Shown piece after piece: positions 1-9,307 of a stretch of 64,000 nt of DNA; position 1 is the stretch's first letter; every line of letters begins with the position of its first letter. The translations under genes and the position numbers were made by a program. The DNA is taken from contig CAZOFT010000002.1 of assembly GCA_964579395.1 (NCBI GenBank), positions 66,071-130,070 on the forward strand, in the 5' to 3' direction. This stretch comes from an uncultured Gammaproteobacteria bacterium. GTDB taxonomy: Bacteria > Patescibacteriota > Microgenomatia > UBA1406 > GWC2-37-13. The notes below the pieces were generated by a model. The model was given only the letters and a program-made list of their open reading frames with translations. It was not told where the DNA came from and made no database searches.

Positions 1-156
1 ATCAGAATACTGTTGTACCAAGCGCTCAGGAATCTCTATGGCTACAAAGACTGCTATTGCCTGATCATCAAGCTGTGCCAGAATACTTTTGAATAAATCC
101 TCCAGAATCGGAGCGTTCATCGTGGGGATGATAAGGGCAAGTTTATTTTGCTGCAT
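1..156 (-). CDS. glycosyltransferase-like protein, N-terminal fragment (continues beyond window start)
   Basis: Own translation of the minus strand from ATG at 156..154 gives MQQNKLALIIPTMNAPILEDLFKSILAQLDDQAIAVF. An IIPTxN-type start is typical of GT-A/GT2 enzymes. Only 52 codons are visible. The start overlaps the stop of the upstream flippase gene by 14 nt. Confidence 0.35.
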   Translation of the reverse strand, partial: MQQNKLALIIPTMNAPILEDLFKSILAQLDDQAIAVFVAIEIPERLVQQYSD

Positions 157-1594
157 ACAGTTTTTTAAACTCTGTAATGATATTGAGTCGGAATACATAA
201 AGCAGCATGCCGGTGTAGACAAGGCTCCCCACAGCAACGTTTACACCGATCCCGACAGCTCCATACACATGAATGAAAGTTCTCACACTCATTATGGCAA
301 GGGCCATCACGCAGGCGCTGATAATCGGTTTGTACACTGCTTTAATCGGATGAATAGCAAAGCTGCGCTTGGCCAAGATGAGAATCGGCGAGAGTGAAAT
401 GGATGTGAGCAAATGAGCTATAGGAAAGCCATAAATAGGGTTTATGCGAACAAGAATGGGTGTTGCGATCCAGCTACTGATGGTCAAAACCACCATAAAG
501 ACAAATGTAGTACGCGCTTTTCCAAGTGCATTGTAAGCATTCATAAACGGTGCGCTGATTGACAACAAGAGTGATGAGAGGGCGAAGATGGCAAAAAGCG
601 GTACGCCCGCTTCCCACTTGAGGTATCGTGGAATGGTCAGAACAACATCGTGCATGGTGAGTGCGGCACCGACCATAACGGGAGCCAGCAAAAGCGTTTG
701 GTTTTCAATAATAAGCTCGGCAATACGGCGCAGCTTGCTTTGATCATCCTGAAAGCGGGCAATAAGAGGAAAGCTTACGCGGCTGATATTATCCATCACA
801 ATACGAAGCGGCGCATCTGCCCATTTTTTTGCCCACCCGACAAGACCAAGTGCCTCAAACCCGATTGCTTTTGCCAAAAAAAGCATAAGCAAGTCATCTT
901 TGAGAAGCGCCATCATAGATGCTCCTTGGAAGGGAAGGCCGAAGTGAATAAGCTCATGAAAGCTTTTTCGACTAAAGCCAATTGCGGGCTTCCAGAAGGC
1001 AATGCTGTAAAGAAGTATGAGTCCGGTTATGGAGCGAAGTACTACTGAGATGGTAAAGCTGGTGAGTCCATAGCCCATTAGGGCAAAGGTGACAACTGAT
1101 ACATAAAAAACAGTATTTTCTACAATTGTGACAAGCACTAGTTTTTGAAACTGCAGGTGACGCTCCAGAAGTACCGATGGAATGGTTTTGAGCGATGAGA
1201 TAAAAAACGCGACCAGTAATGCCCAATACAAATACATTCCTTCAATGGGTAAGCCGTAAAAGGGAATGATATAGCGCGTGGCAATAAACCCGAGTGTCAG
1301 CAGCGAAATGACTAAAATCTGCTGTGTAGTAAAGGTGGTGCGAATATCGTCGTCGGTGAGGTCTTTTCGCTGGATGAGTGAAGCAGCCAGTCCGATGTCT
1401 GAGAAGTAGTTGAGAAATGTAATCATGGAAAGCACCGTGAGATACATGCCGTAGATTTTTTGTGACAGAAGAATCGTGATGGCAAGGTTGGCAACCAAGC
1501 CAAGAGCTGCCGAATATCCGCTTTGAAAAAACAACGACATCGCGCTTTTTATACTTTTTTGTTTGTATGAAGTCGATTGGTCTTCGGCAGACAT
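143..1594 (-). CDS. polysaccharide/oligosaccharide flippase, Wzx/MOP superfamily
   Basis: The 483 aa ORF is hydrophobic throughout with many helices. The N-terminal pattern (SIKSAMSLFFQSGYSAALGLVANLAITILLS...YGMY...DIGLAASLIQRK) is typical of Polysacc_synt-type Wzx flippases. Confidence 0.75.
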   Translation of the reverse strand: MSAEDQSTSYKQKSIKSAMSLFFQSGYSAALGLVANLAITILLSQKIYGMYLTVLSMITFLNYFSDIGLAASLIQRKDLTDDDIRTTFTTQQILVISLLTLGFIATRYIIPFYGLPIEGMYLYWALLVAFFISSLKTIPSVLLERHLQFQKLVLVTIVENTVFYVSVVTFALMGYGLTSFTISVVLRSITGLILLYSIAFWKPAIGFSRKSFHELIHFGLPFQGASMMALLKDDLLMLFLAKAIGFEALGLVGWAKKWADAPLRIVMDNISRVSFPLIARFQDDQSKLRRIAELIIENQTLLLAPVMVGAALTMHDVVLTIPRYLKWEAGVPLFAIFALSSLLLSISAPFMNAYNALGKARTTFVFMVVLTISSWIATPILVRINPIYGFPIAHLLTSISLSPILILAKRSFAIHPIKAVYKPIISACVMALAIMSVRTFIHVYGAVGIGVNVAVGSLVYTGMLLYVFRLNIITEFKKLYAAK

Positions 1595-1620
1595 GATGTG
1601 TGGGGTATAATAGAAAAACT

Positions 1621-3387
1621 ATGAATCGACTGCGTCCAGTTCTTGCGCCGATACTGCTTGTAATTATAACAGTTTGGGCCTGGGCAAGTTTGGTGAATGG
1701 GTCATATTTTTCCCATCACGATAGTCAGCACATAGCCCGTCTCTACACGCTCTATCAAGGATTGTCTCAAGGGTCATGGTATCCGCGGTTTGTGGACTTG
1801 TTGGGATTTGGGTATGGATATCCGCTTTTTAACTTCTATCCACCGCTTCTGTATTATGCCGCAGCACTATTTCACTTTTTGGGGGCAAGCTACGTGTGGT
1901 CGATCAAGTTGGTGGGGATTGTTGGATTTATCCTGGCGGCCTGGGGTGCATATTGGTATGTGCGACTGATTAGCGGCAGTCGTCTGGCGTCCTATTTGGC
2001 TGCGATTTTATACACCTATGCCCCCTATCATGGCATCAACTTGTATGTTCGGGGTGCGCTCGCTGAGTTTAGTGCTATGGCAGTATTGCCCTACGTGTTT
2101 GTCGGACTTGAACAGCTTCGCCAAGGAAAGCGAATGGGAGGATTTGTGTTTGCACTTTCATTTGCCGCACTCATTCTGGCACATCCTCTTATTGCATTTC
2201 CGGCAGTCTTTTTCATTGCCGGATACATCGTGATGAGTATTGTGACGACGCATTTTTCTCTGCGCTATTTTGTAAGCACTGCACTCGCCGGGCTTTTGGG
2301 CCTCGGGATGAGTGCTTTTTTTTGGTTGCCATCGATGGTTGAGCGTAAGTATACGCTTGTTGACACCATTCTTACTCGCGAGCTTGCCAGCTACCAGATT
2401 CACTTTGTCTATCTGGCGCAGCTATGGTCGTCGGCTTGGGGGTATGGCGGTTCAGGACCGGAGCTGACCGATGGAATGAGTTTTCAGATCGGAAAAATAC
2501 ACGTGATGCTTTTTGCCGCAGGCATTGTTGCCTGTGCGTATTGGGTATGGCATCGTCGCAGTCAGCAAGGAGAATGGAAGCATGTCTTTGAGCGCCCTGT
2601 GGTCGCTTTTGTTACCATCGGTGCACTTGCTGCGGGAGCATTGTATATGACTGTCACATGGTCGAAGCCCGTGTGGGATGCAATTTCCTTTTTGTGGTAT
2701 CTGCAGTTTCCCTGGCGGTTTCTTACGTTTGCGGCGCTCTTTGTATCGGTGTTTGCTACCGTTTCAATCGTTGTGTATGAGCGCGTAATTTCCGCGCGAC
2801 TGCCCGGGAAAAGCGGTATGTATGCGGGAGTTGTCGTTGTCAGTATGGTATTTATGATTCTTGGGACCTATTCATCAAGTCGCTTTCGACCGCAAGAGTA
2901 CTGGTCAGGAAATGATGCAAAATGGACTGCGTATGATGAAATTGCATGGCGAGTGAGTCGCACCAGTCATGAGTTTGCTCCTGAAGGTGTGGCGACAGTT
3001 AAATCGGAGTACGGTACAACGGTGATAGACGTTGATGAGGAGTCCATCAACAGACGTCTGTACGATGCAGTGCGCGCAGCCAATGTTCGCGTTGTAACCG
3101 ATACATATTCAAATCATACCTTTGTGATAGCAAGCAGTCGCCCCTTTACGTTCACGCTGCGTCGTTTTTCGTTTCCCGGATGGGTGGCGACAATTGACGG
3201 GCAACCGGTTCGCATCAATGACAATAATCGTCTGAAGCTTATGCAAATTTATGTGCCTGCCGGTTCGCATCAAGTTTCGTTTACATTTCAAAATACACCG
3301 GTTCGATTGTGGGCAAGCATTCTGTCTATTGCCTCACTCATGATGCTTATCGGCTTATCAATTGCCCTTAAGAAAAACCGCATATGA
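1621..3387 (+). CDS. large GT-C-fold-like membrane protein (PTPS-related/PF10131-like family)
   Basis: The ORF-track frame starts at GTG 1600. I prefer ATG 1621 (MNRLRP), which lies 9 nt after TATAAT at 1606-1611. The motif HHDSQHIARLY...PRFVDLLGFGYGYPLFNFYPPLLYY resembles the membrane family annotated as 6-pyruvoyl-tetrahydropterin-synthase-related. There are many TM helices plus a soluble C-terminal domain and a final TM. Confidence 0.55.
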   Translation: MNRLRPVLAPILLVIITVWAWASLVNGSYFSHHDSQHIARLYTLYQGLSQGSWYPRFVDLLGFGYGYPLFNFYPPLLYYAAALFHFLGASYVWSIKLVGIVGFILAAWGAYWYVRLISGSRLASYLAAILYTYAPYHGINLYVRGALAEFSAMAVLPYVFVGLEQLRQGKRMGGFVFALSFAALILAHPLIAFPAVFFIAGYIVMSIVTTHFSLRYFVSTALAGLLGLGMSAFFWLPSMVERKYTLVDTILTRELASYQIHFVYLAQLWSSAWGYGGSGPELTDGMSFQIGKIHVMLFAAGIVACAYWVWHRRSQQGEWKHVFERPVVAFVTIGALAAGALYMTVTWSKPVWDAISFLWYLQFPWRFLTFAALFVSVFATVSIVVYERVISARLPGKSGMYAGVVVVSMVFMILGTYSSSRFRPQEYWSGNDAKWTAYDEIAWRVSRTSHEFAPEGVATVKSEYGTTVIDVDEESINRRLYDAVRAANVRVVTDTYSNHTFVIASSRPFTFTLRRFSFPGWVATIDGQPVRINDNNRLKLMQIYVPAGSHQVSFTFQNTPVRLWASILSIASLMMLIGLSIALKKNRI

Positions 3388-3806
3388 TATACATCGCCCT
3401 TGCCACTCTGTTTTACAGTGCATTTATTATCGTAAACACCATCGCTGCCCGAGTCATTGATCCGGTGTTTGCTGCAGCTGTGGTAACCGCAGTCTCGGCT
3501 GTCATTCCCGTGGTTATTGCGCTGCGCATGCAGACACTGACACTGACCCCCCTGCAAGGGGTGTGGGCAGCCATTGCGGCGGGTATTTGTATCGCGCTCT
3601 ACAGCATCTTTTTAAATCGCGCCTTTGCAGCTGAAAAAGTCGGTGTCGTAGTTCCGATCATATACGGTGGATCGCTGGTGATCACCACGCTTTTGTCGCT
3701 TGTGATTTTTCGGGAGCGCATCGGTACTCTTCAAGCCGTTGGTCTTGTGGTTATGACCGTCGGCATCGGCATCGTCATATATGCGCGTATTGCAGCCGGA
3801 CGCTAA
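3384..3806 (+). CDS. small single-EamA-domain (DMT superfamily) membrane transporter; candidate lipid-linked sugar flippase (ArnE/ArnF-like role)
   Basis: The protein is 140 aa with about 5 hydrophobic helices by eye. Its start overlaps the upstream GT-C stop (ATGA). The location among GT-C and GT2 genes suggests the role. Confidence 0.5.
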   Translation: MIYIALATLFYSAFIIVNTIAARVIDPVFAAAVVTAVSAVIPVVIALRMQTLTLTPLQGVWAAIAAGICIALYSIFLNRAFAAEKVGVVVPIIYGGSLVITTLLSLVIFRERIGTLQAVGLVVMTVGIGIVIYARIAAGR

Positions 3807-5335
3807 GGAGTCAGTTCGTACAGCAAGAAGGGGTCGTGTCCGCCGGGCTTTTTGTACTCTTTGATGAATTTGATCGGCCAGATGCCGGGTATGTCTTCCG
3901 GTTTTTGCCTATGCGAAAACACTACAAGTACGGTGTGGTCTTTGAGGGCTTTCTGCTCACTTTTGAGCTCTTCTTCCCCAAGCGGCCAATAGCCGGAGAC
4001 TGATAGGTTGGTGTCGTCTCTATTGATCGATGCTTCTAGCATGTCGCCGATGACTCCGAAATTTCCCTCTGCTATGATCTTTACCGGACGTCCATCTTGT
4101 GCTGAGCGCTCACGTGCATAGGAGATCATATCCTTAACTCCCCAGCCGGCATTAAAGCTCTCAATATATTGCCCGCGGTCCACCGGCGGAAACGGAATCT
4201 GCGTCTGGTCGAAGATAATCGTATAGTTCATATAAGAAGCCGACAGCAATACGGCGACAGCAGAAAGGGTTGCCCACATGCGTTTGGTGCTCACAAACCA
4301 ATAGGTTGCACCAAGTGTCAGAAAGCTTGCAAGGTATACAACATAGCGGGGAAAAAGCACCTTCGCAAATGCAGTGATAGCCACGTATGGGAGGATGATC
4401 CAAAGCGCAAGGTATGCCGCGTGACGCCAATCTTTTTTTGCGTACATGCTGATGCCGAGTACGCCAAAGAGTGCCAACACATATCCCATCTCAGCACTTA
4501 CATACCATGGAATCAAGTGCATATTCCCCCAAAAGAGCGCAAACGGATTTTTCAAAAATTCGCCGAATGTAAGTACGAATGTTTTGTTTTTTTCCGCCAC
4601 CAGGTAGAGGTATGGAGATAGCCGCTGCACGTTGTATATCGTAAATGCGATAATGCCGACAATGGCGAGAAGTACATAGTAGGTGAGTAGAAGGGCACTT
4701 TTGTTTTTTGTATTCTTTTGAAGCTGAGTGATTGGAGCCAAGGCGGAAAGCCCCAAAAACATCTGGCTGGATGATTTGGTGAGTAAGGCGATCCCTGAAC
4801 CCAGTCCCATAAGAAGGGCTATGTCCAAGCGCAGCGTGCGCACCAATACCAATGAGCCAAAAAGAATCCATATTGCACCTGCGTTTACTGCTGAGTCAGC
4901 CAGTGCAAGGCGGTCATAAAACAAAAACATAGGAGTGATAGTGTACAACAGTGCCGCAACATAGCCGGCATACTTTTTTCCATACAAATAGGCGGCAGTT
5001 ACCGCAATCCCTGCCAGTGCGACAGATCCCGAAAGTACCGAAAACGCGCGTCCTCCGAGAAGCAGATTAGTGGAAAACAGCTTCAAAAAGGGAATCATTC
5101 CCCACGTATGCAAGGGTTGTTTGCCGTCGGTGAGGCTAATAAAGCGCCAGTTCGGGTCAGCTTGCGCCACCTTGGCCCAGCGGATGTAGATTCCTTCATC
5201 AGTGAATATGGGAAAACTATCAAGTCGCACGACGCGTGAAGCGAAATAAAGCGTGAAAATGCCGAAGGTCACCAACACATCTGTCCAAGTAATGTGTTTT
5301 TTTAAGAAGCGGCCAATGGCAGATAGATCAAACAT
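3803..5335 (-). CDS. ArnT/PMT-like GT-C glycosyltransferase (GT39/GT83-type)
   Basis: The protein is 510 aa. The first-loop acidic motif FTDEGIYIRWAK follows TM1 and is followed by more than 10 TM helices and a soluble C-terminal domain. This is typical ArnT/PMT_2 architecture. Confidence 0.7.
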   Translation of the reverse strand: MFDLSAIGRFLKKHITWTDVLVTFGIFTLYFASRVVRLDSFPIFTDEGIYIRWAKVAQADPNWRFISLTDGKQPLHTWGMIPFLKLFSTNLLLGGRAFSVLSGSVALAGIAVTAAYLYGKKYAGYVAALLYTITPMFLFYDRLALADSAVNAGAIWILFGSLVLVRTLRLDIALLMGLGSGIALLTKSSSQMFLGLSALAPITQLQKNTKNKSALLLTYYVLLAIVGIIAFTIYNVQRLSPYLYLVAEKNKTFVLTFGEFLKNPFALFWGNMHLIPWYVSAEMGYVLALFGVLGISMYAKKDWRHAAYLALWIILPYVAITAFAKVLFPRYVVYLASFLTLGATYWFVSTKRMWATLSAVAVLLSASYMNYTIIFDQTQIPFPPVDRGQYIESFNAGWGVKDMISYARERSAQDGRPVKIIAEGNFGVIGDMLEASINRDDTNLSVSGYWPLGEEELKSEQKALKDHTVLVVFSHRQKPEDIPGIWPIKFIKEYKKPGGHDPFLLYELTP

Positions 5336-5391
5336 AGTTGGTGTAAATTCAGGGCGTAGCTTGTTGTCAATTGTACTATACTATACGCATC

Positions 5392-6345
5392 ATGCGAAAT
5401 CCTCTTTTTGGCGGCAAGCCTCACATCTCGCTTATTCTTCCTGCATATAATGAAGAAGAGACTCTGCAGGAGACCGTCACACGAATGCATGAAGTCATGA
5501 ATGGGTATGATAAGTCGTACGAGATCATTTTTGTAAATGACGGATCAACTGACGCGACACGCCCGATCTTGCAGGCATTGCATGACGTGGACCATCGGGT
5601 AAAAGTCGTCAACTTCTCTCGCAATTTTGGTCACCAGACGGCAGTCAGTGCAGGGCTCGCCAAGGCAAGCGGTGACTATGTGGCGGTGTTGGATGCGGAT
5701 TTACAAGATCCGCCTGAAGTGCTTCCGCAGTTTTTTGACCGGGCCAAGGAAGGGTATGATGTGGTGTATGCAATTCGAAAAAAACGCAAAGAATCGGCGC
5801 TCAAAAAGCTCGGCTACAAAGTGTTTTATCGCTTTCTCTCTCGAGTATCACACATCGACATTCCGCTTGATAGCGGCGATTTTTGTGTGATGAGTGCAAG
5901 AACTGTCGCCGCGCTAAACGCTTTGCCTGAACGCAACCGGTTTGTGCGCGGGCTTCGCAGCTGGGTTGGCTATCGACAAATAGGGATGGAGTATGAGCGA
6001 TCTGCGCGTTTTGCCGGGGAGAGCAAGTATCCGTTTTCCAAACTGCTCAAACTCGCATTCGACGGCATCTTTTCATTTTCATATGTGCCTCTTCACTTTA
6101 TATCGTGGCTGGGGTCGGCAGCGATGCTTCTTGCTTTTATCGGCTCTGTATGGGCGGTCTACCAGCGCTTTTTCACCGAAAACTACAATGCCGTGCCGGG
6201 GTTTGCCACAACCATAATTCTGGTTATGTTTATAGGAGGACTGCAACTCTTTTCCCTTGGCATCGTCGGTGAATATATGCGCCGGATGTATGATGAGATC
6301 AAAGCCCGCCCTCAATACATAATCGATTCTGAGATCGGCTTCTGA
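5392..6345 (+). CDS. polyprenyl-phosphate glycosyltransferase, GT2 (ArnC/GtrB/DPM1-like)
   Basis: ISLILPAYNEEETL...FVNDGSTD...RNFGHQTAVSAGL...VLDADLQDPPE, plus two C-terminal TM helices, is the classical ArnC/GtrB layout. ATG 5392 lies 9 nt after TATACT (5377-5382). The ORF track starts at TTG 5371. Confidence 0.85.
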   Translation: MRNPLFGGKPHISLILPAYNEEETLQETVTRMHEVMNGYDKSYEIIFVNDGSTDATRPILQALHDVDHRVKVVNFSRNFGHQTAVSAGLAKASGDYVAVLDADLQDPPEVLPQFFDRAKEGYDVVYAIRKKRKESALKKLGYKVFYRFLSRVSHIDIPLDSGDFCVMSARTVAALNALPERNRFVRGLRSWVGYRQIGMEYERSARFAGESKYPFSKLLKLAFDGIFSFSYVPLHFISWLGSAAMLLAFIGSVWAVYQRFFTENYNAVPGFATTIILVMFIGGLQLFSLGIVGEYMRRMYDEIKARPQYIIDSEIGF

Positions 6346-6927
6346 TCAGGACTTCTTCTGTTGTGGGTGGACTGCGATAAGGTAGACGAGCAGTGCGGTT
6401 ATGCAGAAAATATAAATGGGAAATGATGCTGTCTCAAAATTCCATTCCTTCACGGTAAGCAATGCAATGCCGCTGTTGATGAGTCCGAAGAGAAATATTT
6501 TGTAATTCTCCGTTTCCGGGTACTTGTAGGATTTGATTACGGTCGGAATACTTGCAAGCACATCAGCAAGAATAGAAAAGAAGATTGCGACATTCGGCTC
6601 TCTGCTGAGCGCCCACAGGATGAGTCCAATAAAAGAACTGACTCCACAAATAATGTCCAGTTTTTCCAATTTCCATTCAGACTTTTTATTTACAAATGAG
6701 GCAAGAAGCACTAAAAGCGGACTGAAGCCCACACTGAATGTCATAAGCGATGTGAGTCCGACGCCTTTTTGGATCTGGGCTGCAAACGCGATAAGCGGTG
6801 CGAGCGCCCACATAAACCATGAGATGCGATTCGGTTTTGTCTTCCCTTGAATCGTATCTTTGACATAGCTGTAAGTGCCGATAAGTCCAAGTAATACGCC
6901 TAAGATAGTGAAACGTTCGTCGATCAT
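6346..6927 (-). CDS. 7-TM membrane protein, PQ-loop/SWEET-like (tentative)
   Basis: The protein is 193 aa with seven hydrophobic segments by eye (3+1+3). Similar loop motifs follow TM1 (YVKDTIQGKTKPNRIS) and TM5 (IPTVIKSYKYPETEN). It is the last gene of the minus-strand GT-C/GT2 operon. Confidence 0.35.
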   Translation of the reverse strand: MIDERFTILGVLLGLIGTYSYVKDTIQGKTKPNRISWFMWALAPLIAFAAQIQKGVGLTSLMTFSVGFSPLLVLLASFVNKKSEWKLEKLDIICGVSSFIGLILWALSREPNVAIFFSILADVLASIPTVIKSYKYPETENYKIFLFGLINSGIALLTVKEWNFETASFPIYIFCITALLVYLIAVHPQQKKS

Positions 6928-6929
6928 AG

Positions 6930-8510
6930 TTATTTCACCGTAAATAACGTGTATTCAGAATTGCGATAGAGTACGTGGTGGCCTTCACTGTAGGCCTTAT
7001 CTCCGTTTTCAACCAGAAAGAGACCGCTTTTATACTTGAGTATCTGTTCAAATTCTTCTTTTGTATAGATGTAATTAGTCTTTTTTTGTCCGTAATACAC
7101 CATGCAGGGATTGCCGCCATATACCCACGTCATGTCGATCTGTTCATTCTCCGGGAGATATTTGCGCCCTTGACGCTCTCCAAACGGCACAAGATACGTG
7201 AGTGTCGGGTATGAAGTTTTTTGAATAACCTGCTGCACCTGTCTATTGAGTGAATGATGTTGAGGACCTTCAAGTGCACGGGTTTCACGTAGAATCAGTT
7301 GACCGGCATCAAAAAGAAGTCCTACGGACAGGAGCGTAATGAGAATGGGCATGCTGTATTTGATCGTATGAAGAGGTGTTTTTTCACGAACAAATTGCGT
7401 GACAAGCACCAAGTTGTAGGCGATGTAGATTGCAAAAAACGGATAGATCGGCAATATGTACCAGGCAACACGCGTTTGTGCACGGGTAATCGAGAGAAGC
7501 GGAACGGCAACAAGTACGATAATGGCGATCAGGATCTGGTGCTTTGCCAGTGCGCCATACATGGTTTTCCAGCGCCTTTTTTTGCCTTTTAGATACTTGA
7601 GCATGATGGCCCCAAGTTGTACTATTGCTGCAAACGACACAAAAATCCACGGCATAAGTTCTTTTGTTGCCAACACGCCATAAAACCATATGCGTTCACG
7701 GTGGTTTTCTATGGGGAAGCGTGCGCGCTTTATGATGTTGTCGAGTATATATACCTTGATGAACCGATCGTCATACGTGAAAAAGGTGATTACATGCCAG
7801 GGGACCACAGTAAGCGCCCAAGCAATGAGCAACTTTCCGTATTGTCTTATGCTGTTTTTTCCGGGGAACAAGATAGACACAGCGCCGATTGCAATAAGAA
7901 ATGAGAGACTGCTGAGGCCTTTCATCATGGTGGCAATGCCGATCAGAAGACCCGCCAGATACGGCAGTAAATACGAGTGCTGGTATTTGATTTTGGTAAT
8001 ATGCTTTGTTTCAATCCAAGCCCACACGCCTGCAAGCAGGAAAAATGTATAGAGAATATCGGTGTTCAGATGCAGGCTGTTTATCACAAAGACTTCTGCA
8101 GTAAGCAGCACGAGTGCGGCAAGAAATCCCACAGTACGGGAAAAATAGCGAGCGCAAAATAAATACGCAAGTGTCAGTATGCCGATGGCACCTGCCACAT
8201 TTGAAAGGCGAAGCCAGAGTTCCTGCGGTGTAAGCTTTGTGAACAGAATGAGCAGCCATGAATAGAGTGGTGGCTTTTGCATATCGATATAGCTGTTCCA
8301 CAGATTGGTGAGATAGTGTCCGTGCGTACTCATCTCCCGCGCATACTGTGCATACAAGCATTCATCCCAGTCTCGAAATGGTTCTTTTTGAATGCCTAAG
8401 AAAAAAAGAGTTGCTACTGCGGCAGCCAGGAGGATAAAGGGGAGATGCCGCCTGATCGTGTTCATGATACGTGATATTGTACTAGGTGCGCCAATCCGAT
8501 GCAGGCGCAT
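6930..8510 (-). CDS. ArnT/PMT-like GT-C glycosyltransferase (GT39/GT83-type)
   Basis: The protein is 526 aa. The motif FRDWDECLYAQYAREM...MQKPPLYSW is a typical ArnT-family first periplasmic loop. It is polytopic with a soluble C-terminal domain. An alternative start at ATG 8465 (MNTIRR) is possible. Confidence 0.75.
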   Translation of the reverse strand: MRLHRIGAPSTISRIMNTIRRHLPFILLAAAVATLFFLGIQKEPFRDWDECLYAQYAREMSTHGHYLTNLWNSYIDMQKPPLYSWLLILFTKLTPQELWLRLSNVAGAIGILTLAYLFCARYFSRTVGFLAALVLLTAEVFVINSLHLNTDILYTFFLLAGVWAWIETKHITKIKYQHSYLLPYLAGLLIGIATMMKGLSSLSFLIAIGAVSILFPGKNSIRQYGKLLIAWALTVVPWHVITFFTYDDRFIKVYILDNIIKRARFPIENHRERIWFYGVLATKELMPWIFVSFAAIVQLGAIMLKYLKGKKRRWKTMYGALAKHQILIAIIVLVAVPLLSITRAQTRVAWYILPIYPFFAIYIAYNLVLVTQFVREKTPLHTIKYSMPILITLLSVGLLFDAGQLILRETRALEGPQHHSLNRQVQQVIQKTSYPTLTYLVPFGERQGRKYLPENEQIDMTWVYGGNPCMVYYGQKKTNYIYTKEEFEQILKYKSGLFLVENGDKAYSEGHHVLYRNSEYTLFTVK

Positions 8511-8520
8511 TTTGGAAGGC

Positions 8521-9270
8521 TCAAATAGAGTATCGCCCTGTCAATTCGTAGTATTTAATTCGGGCGATATCCACCAGTGTTTCCCATGTGTCTTTTATAA
8601 AGCGGACATTTTTCGTTTCTACATGTTGCCATGCGACCGGTACTTCGAGCGTTTTGAGATTGAGGCGGTTGGCAATATACAAAAACTCCAGATCAAATCC
8701 TGCAGACACTGATGCGCCACGCGCGGTACGTGCGGGAGTAAAAACACGGAGTCGCTCTATAATCTTTCGGGCAGATGTTGTCTCAAACAGTTTAAAGCCG
8801 CATTGTGTGTCGCGAATTGATCCCAGGCCGAGTACGCCGTTTCGAATGAGAATAAATCCGACTGCCATCACTTTGCGAATCAGGGGAGCATTTTTACGGG
8901 TTCTGCTGCGGGATCCGATCACGATAGGGTGTGCATCGCGAGCACCGTCTATGAGTTTTTCTGCCTCTTCAATAGGGGTGGCAAGATCAATATCAGAAAA
9001 CAGAACATGGTTACAGCTCGCCTTTTCAATGCCGGTGGTCACGGCGATCGCCTTGCCCTGGTGAGCATTTTCAATGAGTTTAAATTTTTTAAACTGCGGC
9101 AAATATAATTCTTTAATAAGGCGCTTGGTGTCATCAGTTGATCCGTCATCCACGATAAGCACTTCTTTAAATTCCCGATGATGCATCGTATAGTTGCCGA
9201 TTTTATCCAGTACGCCTTTTTGAATATTTGCCTCTTCGTTATAGCAGGGAATAATGAGCGTGATATTCAT
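8521..9270 (-). CDS. GT2 glycosyltransferase, dolichyl/polyprenyl-phosphate beta-glucosyltransferase-like
   Basis: The N-terminus reads MNITLIIPCYNEEANI...LIVDDGSTDDT...DIDLATP...DTQCGFKLF. This is a GT-A fold with DxD, of the soluble DPG-synthase-like type. Confidence 0.75.
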   Translation of the reverse strand: MNITLIIPCYNEEANIQKGVLDKIGNYTMHHREFKEVLIVDDGSTDDTKRLIKELYLPQFKKFKLIENAHQGKAIAVTTGIEKASCNHVLFSDIDLATPIEEAEKLIDGARDAHPIVIGSRSRTRKNAPLIRKVMAVGFILIRNGVLGLGSIRDTQCGFKLFETTSARKIIERLRVFTPARTARGASVSAGFDLEFLYIANRLNLKTLEVPVAWQHVETKNVRFIKDTWETLVDIARIKYYELTGRYSI

Positions 9271-9307
9271 GTGATATGAGCGGAAAAAATGAGTATGGGT
9301 GACCGGT

